Positions 26,766 through 41,597 of a stretch of DNA of 64,000 nt are shown piece by piece. Source of the stretch: Camelus dromedarius (lineage: Eukaryota). The notes under the pieces were generated by a model that did no database searches, was not told where the DNA came from, and saw only the letters and a program-made list of their open reading frames with translations. Location of the stretch: NCBI RefSeq assembly GCF_036321535.1, contig NC_087436.1, positions 39,558,001 through 39,622,000 on the forward strand. The letters are read 5' to 3'. Position numbers and translations under genes: made by a program. The number at the start of each line of letters is the position of its first letter. Positions within the stretch are counted from its first letter, which is position 1.

Positions 26766-29700
26766 AGGTGGAAACAGAATAGGCTATAGAAGAGATAATA
26801 TTGAAGTGGTTGAGGGAGTTTGAAAATTAGAAATGTTCTTTAATGAAAATGTACCATGAGTGGCCTCTTTCTGATGCCAATGGAGGAAGGGGTGCTATTT
26901 CTTCATCTCAAGGTTAGTGAACAGAGCATCAAACCGACACTGCAAGACTAATACATATTTTCCAGCATTATTTAGGGAACTACAAGTGAAAGCTTAATAG
27001 AAGAGACAGCAACTTTTAAACTAGAGAGAGTAGTAAAAGTGGGCAACACTTGGATGAGTAATAATTATCACTATATGAAACTGATTTGATATTGAGAAAA
27101 AAAGAAGGGAAGTAAATGGAACTGAGAGCAAAAGGAGCCTGAAGTTAGTAGAGGAATCAACACTGAGTGGAAACTAGACAAGATAAAGGTGGGAAAAAGA
27201 AGAAATCAAAAGAAGAAAATTATGGTTTCATGGGTAAAGGGAGTTTAGTTGGTAATACTGGCATGGATAGGCTATGAGATAAAAAAAAGGCAGGTAGAGT
27301 CAGTCGGGTGGAAGTCTTTGAGTACTCTCTGTGAGGCAAGAAAACAATCAGTGAAATCAAAAAGCTAAAATTGATGCACTGAATTGATGAAGTATCGCCA
27401 TGTCTGAGAGAGGGATGCTGGTAAAATATGGGATATTGTAAATGCAGCGTGAAGTCCTTTGTAGATTGTGATGAATGACTAGGGTTCTGGTCATGGATTT
27501 CAGCTGTTAATCTTATGAGGGTCATGCGATGGTAGGTCAGGGCAAAAGAAATGACAAAATTATAGGTGGCAATGGGGAGGCAGGTAGAAAGGAAATCACA
27601 GCAAGGGATTCTTAAAAAAGCTACCAAAGATATACTCAAGGATATTTGCACCTGGGTGAGTGACTATGGAAGGGATTCTTTTGAAGCTCAGAGAGTCAAG
27701 GAGAAGGAAAAAAATTAGAATGAAAACTGTGCCGAACATTTGGTGAATGTTCATGAGTCTTCCTGAATTGGAAATGGTGGTGGGAGCATTTAAACACAAA
27801 AATTACATCTGATAGAAATGTTTAAGTTAGCATCATGCTATCAAAATATTCCATCTCCTTTCAGTTGGAAGCACAAATGCTCAGGAGCATACTGGGCAGC
27901 GCTGTTGAGATCTCTCTCCAATGATGGTTAGTTGGTTCACAGTCCAGCCAGCCATGCAGAGTTATGAAGATCTATTTTAAAATTCTGAACAAAATGGTGC
28001 GTTACTTCCTATATACTTCATCAGATCTGATTTCTCTTGTAAATATAAGTAGGGATCATTTGCAAAATAACAGAGTAGAATTTCCTGTGCAGACAGATGC
28101 TTTTTATATTTATAAAGCTTGAGCTGCTTTTTTTTTTTTTCTTTTTAATGCTCGGGGAAACTGGAAACTGATATGATTTTTCATATCAAGTTTAGTTTAA
28201 CATATGGCAAAGAGCTGTATGAGACTATCTCCAAACTTTGCAGTTAACAGTTTCCAGCCTACACAGGAAGCGAAGCTGTGCTTCTGACGCATTCCCATTT
28301 TATGGGAAGACCGCAGACAACAGCCTAAAGTTAAACCACAAAAATTATGTTTATACAAAGCGCAGCATTCAGTTTAAACCACAGCAGCACAGAAAGCTTC
28401 AGTTGAGGCTTCAATTCCATTTCTAAGTTGTTCTAGCAAAATATTTCAAGGCATATTGATAACCAGGTAGCTCAGTAAGTCTATTCACATAAATAAAAAA
28501 CAAATTCTGAGTTTGGATAGTGCCTCGTCTGAAGGGCCTCAGTTTAGTAATCACCTTGTATCTGTAAGTCTTCTACTAGATTCTGAAGTATCACAAAAAC
28601 AAGACAAACTAACACCTCATCTACTCAGAACCCTTGGAGAAGAGAGCCAGGATGACCTTTACGCGAAATAATTTTTAGGGACTACATTCCTCCTGTATTA
28701 CAGAGTATGTGGAAAATAAAGTACTGTATATGATAATCACCTCAGCATTGCAGAGAGTCATAGGTCTCGTAAAATTGTTCTGTACTGCCACATAGCTATG
28801 CCTTTTGAGTTCTTGGGTGCTTTTTAATAGGTGTTTTTTTGTGGGGGTGGGGTGGTCCTACTTTTTTGTCAGCTTTCATTTTCGACTGCTATTGCTTAGC
28901 ATTTTTTTTCTTTTCTCTCATGTTCTAATGTCTGTGGATAATAGGTCCCTTAGGATGAGAAACCAGACTGAGAAATGTGGCTTCATTCTGTTTAAAAACT
29001 AGGCTATTCAAGGCTCTGGCTGTGGGCCAGGAATATTCTATCAACAAAGCACAAGGACAGTGGAAAGAATGAAGACCTTTCTCTTACTTTTTGTTTCTCT
29101 TTGGTCAAATTAGGGAATCTCTTTGAACTCCAGTTTCCTCATCTATAAAATGCCTCATAGAATTGCTGTTAAAGTCAAGAAAGATAATATACACAAAGCC
29201 TCACAGAGTTGTTGCTAGAATGAAATAAGGTCCCTTATAAAAAGCACGTAACACATGGCCTAGCACAGAGTAGTTCCCTAGTTCTTGCTGCGGCCCGTAT
29301 AGTTGTTAAAGGGAAAAAGCAGAATTACAGATAGTTGAAATATTAGTTAGTGTTTTACCTCTTATCCTGTGGAATTTTAGAATATGTTAATTTTTGAAAT
29401 TTGAAGTAAAGTACTTTAGATACTCAAGAAGTATTGTTGAACTGAATCCCTTAATATGATACTTTGTCTTAAAATAATTTGTATAAATGGTCATCCATAA
29501 TGAAACTGATTTGGACATCCTTTACTAGTAGGAACTCTAGTGTTAGCACTTTAAAAATCAGTGCTTCACCCTTCTTTTTAAAAAGGTGATGAAAACTCAT
29601 TAAAGAAAAGCTGTAAAATGCAGAAAAGCAGAAAGAAAAAAAATTCTCAATTTCTAACATCCAAAGATCCATTTCTTTTCAGTATTTTTATTTATAGTAT

Positions 29701-31737
29701 TTTTAAACAAAATTTTGATACTTTATGTATAATTTTATATCCTATTTATACGTAATATATCTTTTTCTTCTCACATTACTGCCAAATTATTCATACACAT
29801 AAATTTTAAAATCTGCATGGTAAGTGGACATAATTTATTTACCCATTTCCCTTCAGTTGGACATTATTTATTTCCATTTTCTTTCCTCATTACAATTAAC
29901 ACTTTTTTTCTGGTATCTAGGATAGGTTCCTAGAAGTGGAATTATAGTATTAAAGGATAGAAAGATTTTTTTTAAGGCTTTTGCCAAGTCGGAAAATGGC
30001 AATCCCAGAATTATAATTTTAGTACAGAGGACACCTAGCCAAGCCTCCCTGGCATTTAACTGTCCTGTTTCCTCCAAAAGAATGTCTCAGCCTTTTCCAC
30101 TGTGGATGGCGATCTCACCTGGGGTTTGCTCACTTTACTGATACCAATGCTTTGAACACTCAGGTGGCCTGGTAATACTTTTTGAACTTTGACTTCTAAT
30201 GCCTATTAAGTATCTAATTTCTAATAAGAGGGACCTATGTTGTTGTCATTGTTATTATTACTCCCAATGTTATTGACATTTTACAAAAGAACACAAGGGA
30301 GCACAGACTCTGCAGGAGAACCAAGGTGAGTACGCCCTTCCTCTGTTGTCCCAGAACCTACACTGCTCAGTGGCCCCTTATCTGCCCATGAGTTCCTGAC
30401 ACACTGAATTTACCAGCAAGCCCTACTTAACACAGGGTTCACTGGTTTGGAAGGAAGAATGTGGCCAGCCTACTCATCTTGGGAATCAAAAGGCCCAATT
30501 ATCTGTGAGACTAATTCCTTCCCTGGAGACAGTATCATAAGACCTTCAGAAAGAACCACAATCCTGCTGAGACCTAAGGCCGAAACACCAGGAACAAATA
30601 TATCCTATGAAAACATGGCTTCTGTGACAGCCTCCATCCAAGAGGGGAAATCACTGATGTCTGTGACAGGCAGCACCATGCTCTAGGGCCACAGGCAAGT
30701 GAGGTCCGACAGAGCACGGAGCATTAGCCAAAGGCAGCCAAGCAAGAAAGCCAGTGGATTAAATCCTGCAAAGTAAAATCTTGTTAAGAACCTACTGATT
30801 ACTACAGGGCTTGCTTAGACAATCTAAACCTCAAATATCATACAAGACGATATGCCCTGGAGGTAAGATTAAGACTGGGTATCAAGCATCCTGAGTGGAA
30901 TACCAAGTAGGTGAAATCCCAATTTGAATGCAACTGGGAACCTTCTTAAAATTTCCTGGCTGGCTCTGATTTCCCTTTCCTAAACCAAATCCTCAGGCAT
31001 TTTTGGGATAGTGAGAAATGGCGTGGCTTCAACTGAGTTCTCTAGGGCTGAAGTTCCTACAACCAAGAAAGAAATGAGTAGGCAGGGAATTGAGGTTTCA
31101 CATCAGGTTGGAAACTCTCTAAGATGCGCGCACAAGGATTTACGAAGAAGGTGTTTAAGAGGCATCAACTACAAAAGGACATTGTAAGCAACTTGCTGTT
31201 TCTCATCATGCCAAGTGCACTCAAGGGGCTTTTGTACTTGCTGTTTCCTCTGTCTGGAGATGGTATCAGGGAGGTAAGGTCTGGGGACCACATGGGATCT
31301 TGCAGGTCATGATAAGGAGATTAGCTTCTACTCTGAAGAGGGAGGTTTGGAGGATGTGAGCAGAGACGTAACGTAATATGACTTACATGTTATTTCCCAC
31401 TCAATTATTTGAGAAGCATATTATAAACCTAAAGAAAAGCAAATAATTAGGACAGTGAACATCTGTACGTTCATCATCTATTCTCCACTTGCTTACATTT
31501 CACTACATTTGCTTCATGTTTTCTTTCTTTCTGTCTTAAATATACCTGTCATTTTGCTAAATCATATGAAAATAAGTTGCAGATATCAAGACACTACCAC
31601 TAAATCCCTTAGCATGCATCATCTAAGAACACATACATTTTACTATAAAATCAAGTATCACCTCTTCTAGAAGACATAATTAATTCATATCATCTATTGC
31701 GCAGTCCAGATTTAAATTTCCCTGTCTCATAATTATC

Positions 31738-32240
31738 TGTGGTAAGTTATATTTTCCAAAGATGGCTTCCACAATCCTCTCTCTTCTAGGACTTTGTCAT
31801 TCTCATGTAAAAAGGTGGAATCTAACCTTTGAATGTGGGCAGGCTTCTGTGAAGCAGAAATGCTGCTGTGACTTCTGAAACCCAGGCGATTCTGCTGCTG
31901 CCTTTGTTGCCCTGATGCTTCATGAGCCCTAAAGCCATATGACGGCCCCGAGGCCATCCTGCTGTGAGGAAGCCCCCAGAAGCCCTTGGGGAGGGATCCC
32001 ATGACAAAGCCTTGAGACACTGTGAAGAGATGCCCTGCCAGCTTGCAGCTGCTGCAGCTGCCTGGATTCCAGCTCCAGTCACCAGCTGACTGCAACCTCA
32101 AGACACTGGAGGCTAGAGACCCCCAGTCTAGCCCCTCCTGAATTCTGACCTACAGAAACCATGAAATTAATAAAATAATTAATTTTTTTAGGCCATTGTG
32201 TTTTGGGGTATTTTGCTATCCAACGGTAATCATTAGAAAA
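31738..32240 (+). mobile_element. MLT1-type (MaLR) solo LTR
   Basis: tgtggtaagttatattttccaaagatggc...tgactgcaacctcaagacact...tcctgaattctgacctacagaaaccatga...ttttaggccattgtgttttggggta. Confidence 0.8.
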
Positions 32241-32248
32241 ATGACTTT

Positions 32249-32409
32249 GTGGGAAGGTATAGCTTAAGTGGTAGAGCACATGCCTAGCATGCATGAGGTC
32301 CTGGATTCAATCCCTGGTACCTCCTCTAAAAATAAACAAACAAAAAAAACAAACAAACAAACCTAATTACCCTCCCCACAAAAAAATAAAATTAAAAAAA
32401 CATAAGAAA
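32249..32409 (+). mobile_element. tRNA-derived SINE (camelid Vic-1-like) with perfect 14-bp TSD
   Basis: Head gggaaggtatagcttaagtggtagagc (A-box), ggattcaatccc (B-box), (AAAC)n, aacctaattaccctcccc, A-tail. TSD agaaaaatgacttt at 32235-32248 and 32410-32423. Confidence 0.9.
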
Positions 32410-32669
32410 AGAAAAATGACTTTAATATATTAAAAAAAATTCAGGATTCAATGAATGCTTAATATTTATAAATTATATTAGGTTATTACGTCTTTTGGTT
32501 TCTTTTACACTAGAATAATCCCCCTTCTCTACTTTTTAAAAACATGATACCTTTTTGGAAGAGTCTGGGATGTTTGTTTTATAGAATTTTTGGATTTGTT
32601 TCTTCATGATTAGATTCCTGTTAAAAATGTACCGTCAGAAATACAAAAAGATATTTTTAAGTTCTTTTA

Positions 32670-33480
32670 CTTTAAAAAAAACTGTAATTAAAAAAATATA
32701 ACAAGAAATCTACCCTTTTAGCAAATTTTTAAATGTAAGGTAGAGTATATGCATATTGTTGTACCACAGATCTCTAGAACTTTTGTGGCTGAAACTCTGT
32801 ACCCACTGAATAGCAACTCCCCATTTTCCCTTCCCCTGGCTTCTGAAAACCACCATACTACCTTGTTTTTATGAGTTGGACTACTGTAGATACCTCACAC
32901 AAGTGGAATCATGCAGTATTTGTCTTTTGGTGACTAGCTTATTTCACTTAGCATATAATGTCTTCAAGTTTCATTCACATTATAGCATATGACAAGAATT
33001 CCTTCCTTTCTAAGGCTGGCTAATATTCCATTGTACATATATACCACATTTTCTTTACTCATTCATCTGTTGACAGACATTTAAGTTGTTTTTACCTCTT
33101 GGCCATTGACAACAATGCTGCAATGAACACAGGACAGCGAATATTTCTTTGAGATCCTGTTTTTAATTCTTTTGGAAAAATAATCAGAAGTAGGATTGCT
33201 GGATCATACAGTAGTTCTATTTTTAATTTTTGAGGAAACTCCATACTGTTTTCCATAGCAGCTGTACCATTTTGCATTCTCTTATTAGGGATTGTACCAC
33301 TTTGCATACCCACTAGGATATACGAGAGTATTTGTTTTCCCTCAGCTTAGTTAACAGAATATTTTATCAGCTTTTTGAACTTTCGGCAATATGATGGATA
33401 AGAAATGGTATCTCAATACATTTGTCCTTGCATTTTTCTTCCTATGAATGAAACTGACATCTTTTCATAAATTTAATGAC
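32670..33480 (-). mobile_element. Old LINE-1 (L1MA/L1MB-like) 3' end and ORF2 C-terminal remnant
   Basis: ORF 33092..33313 gives MENSMEFPQKLKIELLYDPAILLLIIFPKELK...VFIAALLSMAKR, a recognisable L1 ORF2 C-terminus. Adjacent gatacctcacacaagtggaatcatgcagtatttg is L1 3' UTR. Confidence 0.88.
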
Positions 33481-33649
33481 TTTCAAAAGGATCCATCCCT
33501 CTGGATGCCATATTGGGAAAAAATGAAAGCCCAGGAATGCAAAGTCTCTTGAGTCAAGTGAATTCTGTGATTAGGTACTTCCAAGGCAACTAGATTTTCC
33601 TTCAAATTAAAGGAACAGTACACATACAGGCATAGTAAGTTAATGTACT

Positions 33650-34120
33650 GTCATTCATTAGGAACCTACTATGCACCAAAAATTTTGCAGTCTATCTTGA
33701 TTGTAAGATAGAATAAGACATGATACTTTCTATCAAGGAATGCACAAACTATTGGATGAGAAAAATAACTGATTATAGTACTGGGGGCAAGTTATGTTAG
33801 GGTTAGGGTTGGGTGCTATGAGAACACAGAGGAGAAACTGGAGAGTTGGGGGAAGTGTTCTATAAAAAGATGATATATGAGCTCAGATTTACTGGAAGGC
33901 ATTCCAACCCAAAGCAGTAGCACTTTAAGGCACAGAGCGAGATAACAGGTCCTGTTTAGGGAACTATAAATTCTTCTCTATGGGTGGAATGAAAGGTATG
34001 TATATGAGATTATTGAAAGAAGAAACCATAAAGGGTAGGAGCCAGATTTAACTTTTTTTCCAAGTGAAGGATTTTTAAAATTTATCCTCTGTGTTATATG
34101 AAGCTATAAAAGGATTAAAT
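33650..34120 (-). mobile_element. LINE-2 3' fragment
   Basis: ttcattaggaacctactatgcacca...gggtgctatgagaacacagaggag...ggaaggcattccaaccc, the reverse of an L2 3' end. Confidence 0.6.
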
Positions 34121-37100
34121 AAGAAATAATATAATATTGATTTCTTTAACTTAATATCTATTTTCTTAGATTTCTTAAAAATATCCATTTCAATGACTTG
34201 AGTTTATCATACTCCTGTTTTTCTTAACCATAGAATCAAAAAGACTGAATCATGCTTTCTTGTGGTATTCTAAATCTCACAGTGTCAAGTAATTATATAA
34301 TACCACAGTTAGTCATGAAGAACCTTGATAGAAAAATAGGGCTGATATAGAAAGTAGGAAATAAATGAAATAAAAAATGTTGAATTTATAAGTTTAAAAA
34401 TCTAATAAAAATAAATTTTAGAAATTAAAGAATAAAGTCTTATCAATTTATAAGTAATGTCAACAAGTATTGCTTTAAGATAAAAAAGTGCACAGTTAAT
34501 GTTCATAGTTCTTGAAAAGTACAGTCGACATTTTCCTTTAGCTATAACTGCTTATTATGGCTTTTTAAAAAAGCACTTATTTTTTTGGTTTTTACTCAAC
34601 ATGGAGATGGGTTGCTTTTTTCTAGATAATTGGCCAGAGATTTTAAACCATTGGCACATTTTCCTGGTGCAGACCACTGAGTCACATTTAGAGGTAATGT
34701 GTATCACATTAAGGCCAGTTTACCCAGGAGTGCAGAGGCACCGTGGTGTAGAGGTAGAAGCCCTAAACTCAGAGTCAAGAAAGATGGGGTTCTCAGCAGA
34801 AGAACACAGGAGTGACCTTGAGCCTAAAATGAGATGATTGAGTAGATGAGTTTTGTGGTTCTTTCCAGCTTTAATTGTCTATTATTTCATGTCAGGCTAA
34901 TTCACCATCACTTGTAAAAACCTGCCAAACATTTAGGGCCACTTAAAAATTTCCTGGATCCTGAATTTCACTCTTTCTTGAGAGCAGAGAATCTGCCAGA
35001 AATATACTGTTTTATTAAAACCAGCCTTGTTATTACTCACATTTGGATATGCTGTAAGTCAAGTGTTGCCCCTAAAGCATAACTATCCTGGCATTTAGTA
35101 AATCATTTAAAAAACACTTAATAACCTTTTACTAGAGTTAAAACACTGATCTACACACAATAGGAAGAACAAAAATGAAACGCACATAAATCATTCCTGC
35201 CAGATGCCCCCTCATATAGGAGAAAAGATGTATATATACCCAAATAGCCATGCAGTGAGGTAGGTGTTAGGTGATATATGAGACTTACAGATAGGGAACA
35301 ACTGGAACTGAGTAAGTATTAATTCTACCCCTGATATAGCACTAAATAAATAACTACATTTATATTCTTCACTGTTAGTGTTAGATAATTCTTTATTATT
35401 GTTGTTTTTAAGTGTGTGTGTGTGTTTGTGTGCGTGTGCGCTGGTTTTAATAGTAATTGATGTTCAATGTAGACATTTTACAAAAATCAGACAAAAGAAG
35501 ACAATGAAAACCATCTTTAATCCTGTGATCTAGGGCAACCATTGCTAACGTTGTGTTGCATTCCTTCTAGTTTGTTTCTATGTTCATATCTAATTTTCTA
35601 GTAACTTACTTTTTTCAGTGAACATATCTGAATATCTACCTATGTCATTAAAAATTATTAAACGATATGTTTTAAAATGTCTGAATGTATTCCACTATGG
35701 CGGGGGCATAATTTGCTCTTCTAGTACCCCCACCCCTGTTGTTGGATATTTAAGTTCATTCATTCACTTATGAAATTTTTTTTTTTAAGCACATACTACA
35801 TGCCAGGAACTTTTCCTAGTCTGAGGATAAGAGAAAACAAAACACAAGATGTACATGCCATCTTGGAACTTGCATCCTAAAAGCAAGACAGATAATAAAA
35901 TGATGAATGTAATGAATTGGTCCTACCTAAAAGAGCTACTTACTTGAACATTACAAGCTTCATAATTAAGCTTTAGGCCTTCTCCAGAGAGGTTCAGCTT
36001 ACTCCCAAATCTCTGGAATTGGCTGAGACCATACTGGTTTTTCCCACAATATCCAGATTCAGGTGAGACTGTAGTCACAGTACCTGCCCCCTCCAAGATT
36101 TTGCTGAAAGAACAGTCCTCAGGGAGCCCACTGGCTAGTCATAGTTTAGAATGGGGATTGGAGGGACTTGTGGGGGTCCATAATCATGAACAGTCATTTC
36201 ACAGCAGGCCTGACTGACACTGGCTGACTCAAAAAAGTAAGCTGGGCCAGATTTCCTTGCTGGGGAATTTGACCTGAGGCACCACAAGAGGATGAGGCCC
36301 CAAGTTAGAAATGAAGCTGAATCTTATATGGAAAATGTTTCATGCAGTCACATTGGGCCATGGGTAACGTGAATTAATGAAGGTGCAGAAGCCATAAACA
36401 AGCAGCACTTTTGAGGCAGACAAAGAGTATGGAGTGTGGAGTTAGTAGTAGAAAAACAAGATACTCAGACACATGAAAAGCATCTGTTGTGTTTGTATTA
36501 AAGCACTTAGGCAAGATCAAAATCATTTTTTGGACCCTGAATCCGCTTTAGACTCAGAAGAACCCTTCAAATCCTATGGATCCTGAGTGTTCAGCCTTCT
36601 GGAATCCCACACTCGCATTAGCTGAGGTGACTGGAGGGACTCTCCAGTCCTTCACCCAGATGAACTCCATGAAAACAAGAGTCTGTACGGAAGAGACAAC
36701 TGCATGTGTGCAGAACAGTACACAACAATACATAATTCAGCTGCATCCAACTCATGATACAGGCTTTACTTATGCTTTTGATTTGAGAATCATCAGGACC
36801 CAGATTTCCTTACCTTTTAGATTTACTGTTGTTTTTATTTTTATTTTTTTGTTTTTGTACCAGGTCATTAGAAAAGTCAATTTCTCTTCCTTAATATATG
36901 ACAAATAGAAACTAGGTACAAGGCATCATGTTGAGGCACTGGGATGGTTTTGGAGTTAAAAGACACATTCTCTACCACAAGAAGCAAACAGCCTAATAGC
37001 AGACCCGCACTTACAACGCAGAGTAGTAAGTATTTTGAAGAAGTCTGTAGAGGATGTGGTGGGAACACAAAGAGGTGCTTCTAAACCAGAGTAGAGATGG

Positions 37101-40100
37101 TTTCCTGAGAAAGGTGACCCTTAAGCTAAGTTTTAAAGGATAAATAGGAGTTACCTCTATTTTAAACTCTCAATCAAACTAGAGTTCTCTGGTCACCAAG
37201 AAAGATACTCATTCTCATTGTTTTTTTAAAAATCCTACTGCACATTTGGGCTCATTTTCAATTCTCATACCTTGATCATAGGCCCACAATTTTCATGGCA
37301 GTTTTTGGTAATCTCTGATTACCAAAATTATTTCTCCATTTTTTTCTTCTGCAGTATTTCCCAAATTTGCCTGACCATAAAAATCACCTAAAGGTCATGA
37401 TAAGTATGCAGATTCCCAAAAGTGTCCACAGGAGGTTCCGACGCATTAAGTCTAGACTTAATACTCGTAATTAGGCATGCTCGGGAATTATTTTTCTACT
37501 ATTCAAAATTGTTTTTGTTGATCATTTATTTTTCAATAAAAGGTTTTCTGTTATTAAAGTGTTTTCCAGGATTAGAAAATAAGCAAAGAAAGAAACATAA
37601 AATTTCCTGTTAGGAAATAACATTGTTTCCTGTTAGATAGATTTTATAGACAAGCACATATTAAGTCCTATACATGTAAATTATAGGTTTTTAAAAAATT
37701 CAGTGTGGGTTAATATCTTCTTGTGTGAATTTTGTTGTTTTATTTTTATTGTAATTCTCTCATGTGTTACTCCCAGTTCAAAACATTCATCATATTCACT
37801 GTGTTTATGATTTCTCTTTGATTAGAGAAACACAACTTAGATTTGGCTTTCAGGGAACTGGGTAGGAGGGTAGGGAGAGTATGGTGGATGGATGCTGTAT
37901 CAAATTGAGAAACATAGAGACAAAAAGTATTCAATAAAACATGAGCATAAGGGAATTAGTTGCTGTTTGTATGGGGTGTTTAGCAGTTTGATGAAGGAGG
38001 TATAATATTGCTATATTGTCAGGGATTTCTCCACTTGACTTCCAAGCAAGTGTAACAAGAATATGAATCTTCTGGCAATCCACAACTCTTCTGGATTATT
38101 AAGTAAAGGAAGCACTGACTTTATTATCAAGCATGTTGGAAGAAAGCAAAGCGTTCCACAGATATCAGTCGTTAATGACTCAATACCTACAGTCTTTTTA
38201 TTGAACTAGAACATAAGCAAGGACTCAGAACGTTTTGTAATTAGAAATAAGAATACTGGAGCAGGAAGGGGCCATCTTTTTTCAAGGCAATAGAAGGTAT
38301 TTATGGCTCCCACAAGAGGAACAATCATGTCTAATTCAGAACTATTCCATTTGTCACACTAATTAAGTATTATCACATCTTCCTAAGATAGGTGGAACTG
38401 GAAACTCATATTAAGATGGACAGTATACTTTTACTAGTGGTTTTTTAATCTAAGTATATATGTCATAAATTTATAAGGTTCTATTTATTGAGGGCAGGAG
38501 CAGTCATTGTCAATGAGTCTTTTTTGTCATCTTCATATATTTCAGTTCTTAGTACCCCCTTACATATTATTTTATATAGGTGTGTCAAGTAGACTTTTTC
38601 TCACATTTTTCGAAGTATATATGAGGATACTTGACGCACTATAAATTGATCAAGAATACTGTTTGTAGGTGTAGTACATGATTTGTAGAAATGTTGTGCT
38701 TGTGTGTCTGTAGCTAACAGTGACTCTGGGATAGTTCTAGTAGCACTCTACCCTGGTATATCTGTAAGGTATTTCTCATTACCCTCCTGAATCAGTCAAC
38801 AAACACTTCAGAGTCTGATGGGGTCTAAAATCTGATTTGGTACACTGAGACAGTGTCCACCTCTCAGGGGCAGAGTCAAATTAGCAAAGCCAGTTGAAAC
38901 TTATGAATAAAGAGATGGAGAACAGGAAATTATAGAGGAACTGAAATATTAAAACATGTACAATTAGAGGGTGCTCTCCTCGTTAACAGGTTACATGGGA
39001 ACTATTCACCAACTGAAAGATTTATAAAATTGCATTGCAAATTACTGTGCCAGTGAGTACAAATCTATATAATTCCTATATAAGCAAACTCTAATCAGAA
39101 AGTTGCTGGTTAAGTTTAGAATCAGAAAGAGAATTAGAAGAATTGAATTCTTCGTGGTCCCAGGCTCAGATAGTCTGATGGGCCCACCTCCCAAATGCAC
39201 CTGAACCTCAAAATCTGTTAATCAAAATCTCTACATCCAACTCACATCAGAGGTGTGTAGGCTTGTGACTCTGGAAATGCTCAGTTGGAGAAGGCCAAGG
39301 TTTTCTCTCTCCTATGCAGCACTAACATTGTCTTTGTAACTCTTTGTGTTAAATTTACATGGCTGACACTTTCTTCTTTAGCAGTGAAAAATACTTTGGT
39401 AACAGTAGAACATTTTGGGAGGGAGAATTCATGGGAAACAGGCCACCACTCCTCACTCTGTTCTGCAAGACAAACATCACTAACTAATGATAGCAGTCTT
39501 CCCTTGGGCAAAACTTGAGCTGAGTCTAGAAGTGAGCTTAACCATAAATCTCTAGGGAAGTACAGCTGCTTCCCAAAATTGGAGTTGGCATATCAGGTGA
39601 AGTTGATTTGGATTCCTTGCATATTTTATGGTGTCTGACAAGATGTGTCATTTATTTTGAATATCAGTGTTTATCTGAAAATAATTACCTAATGAAAGTT
39701 TCCTGAATCAGGAAAGAACAATTTTTGTGGAGAAATTCTTTTCCCCTTTATTCCTTGTAGATCCCCTCAGTAAGACAAACAAAATTGCCAAATATGATGG
39801 ATAAAGTCCTGAAAAGTAGCAAGGTCTGCTAAACATTTAAAGAGTTTGTTCAGTTAGTTTAGTCCAAATTAGTGTTCAAGATTAACATAAATAAGCTTTA
39901 TTACAAGAATTTTTTTCAATTAAGAAAAGGATTTGCTTTTTAATTAGTAAAAATATAATATTTATTGTAAATCTATTGAACATGAATGATCTAATTTTGA
40001 ATTTCTTCCATGTTAAATAAAACTAATTTGGTTTAGAAAGTTCTGAAACTACAATACAACCAGGAATTTGTTAAGTGCCAAAGCAGATTATTACCTGTTC

Positions 40101-41468
40101 ATAGTCCTATTGCTCTATGATGAAAGGAAATATAAAACATCAGAATTTTACAGATTATGGAGTAAAGGAGTCTTAAAATTATTGGTGAAAATGTTAGCAT
40201 ATTTAAAATATTTTAACTGAATTTTCAGTTCATAATTAGGCATTGGTTTAACTCTTTTGCCTATATATTACTGGCTGAATTGAGAAAATAGAGAAAAAGA
40301 AAGCCATATGAGATAATTCCAAAGGTATCTATTCTTTGTAAAGAATAGGAAGTTAGAAGAATCAGATTATTTCTGACATATAAATCAGAATTATTTATAT
40401 TTTGGAGGTATGAAGGTTGATAAACTTCCAAAAGGCCAAATGTCACACGACCTCACATTGTCCTAATTTTTGAATACATATGCTGATTTTGCCCAAAGAT
40501 GAGTTACCCTTACTTCTACCTCATTTTCTAGGAACTGAGAAATAGTTATTGAATACAAGTAGATGATGAAAAATACTTTAATATTTTCCCTAAAACCTAT
40601 ACAATTAAGGTCAAGAGAGGGGTCTTTCAAATTTTATTCTCTTTATCCCTATCTTATCCAACTTTCATGCTGATAGAATTTTTTTCAACATTTGGAAAAT
40701 TACAGTTTTTTTGTCTTGAATATTGCTAATGTCAGGGACAAATTTACTGTAAATAAACACAGCTTTACTTTTATGTCAGTGGTTTTCAGAAGGGAAATAA
40801 AAAACTCTTCTTTTCCTTATATATCTTACTTCGATCAATTCTTTCTCTATACAACTTCATAATACTTGCCTCAAGCAGGAATAAGTACAAATGGTTCATT
40901 TTGGGGCTGGCACATTGGTATCGGAAGGAGGAACAGTGGCCCATTAAAACAGTCTGCTCTGTCCTAGCCTAAGGACCCAGCAAGACAAGAGCTAATGTGA
41001 ATGTACCAACAATTACCATATTTGCTTACCCAATTCCTCTCCCATTTTGTGTCTACTTTTAGTTTAAATAGGAAAAAAAAAAAATAGAGGTAATGGTTAC
41101 CTAAATGGAAAAAACCCCAAAAAACTAGTCCCATTGAGGATAAGAGAGTTTTATAGTTTATATTTAAATATAGATTTATAGTAAAATCTTACTCTGCATA
41201 AAAGCAGGAATCTCTGATTTTGATCACTTTACATGCAGAAGAGTGTTTGCTGGAGCACTTCCTTGGCTCTGCTGTAAGTTCTTATGTCATTACCACCTGT
41301 AGAATTAGTTTGCCCCCATTTCTAGATGTGGTTCCACTTAGTTTTTACTGCCGTCTTAGAACTGAGACTTCATATTGATTTGGCTGATAACTACCAAAAC
41401 CCTGGCCTCTTTGTCATCTGCCCTGTCATTCTTCATTATTTATTTGGAAAATAACTCAAAGTACTTAC

Positions 41469-41597
41469 TGGGTTGAGGACCACAGTGAAGAAAAGTTCAC
41501 CTCCTTGGATACTCTTATCCAGCTCTTTTGGACCTCCTGGATATTCTTTGTAGAAAATTGTGTGAGTGAAAAGCCCACAGGTTTGTCTTGGAAGAAC
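41469..41597 (-). CDS. NDST3: NDST3 internal coding exon C (129 nt)
   Basis: [43 protein letters not shown]. Acceptor ttcttttag|GTT, donor CCA|gtaagt. Phase 0-0. Confidence 0.97.

Noticed and set aside
33092..33313. ORF with protein-like sequence
   Set aside because: Decayed L1 ORF2 C-terminus, not a host gene.
33783..33813. Interstitial telomere-like ttagggttagggttggg
   Set aside because: Only two perfect TTAGGG units inside an L2 remnant; compatible with chance.
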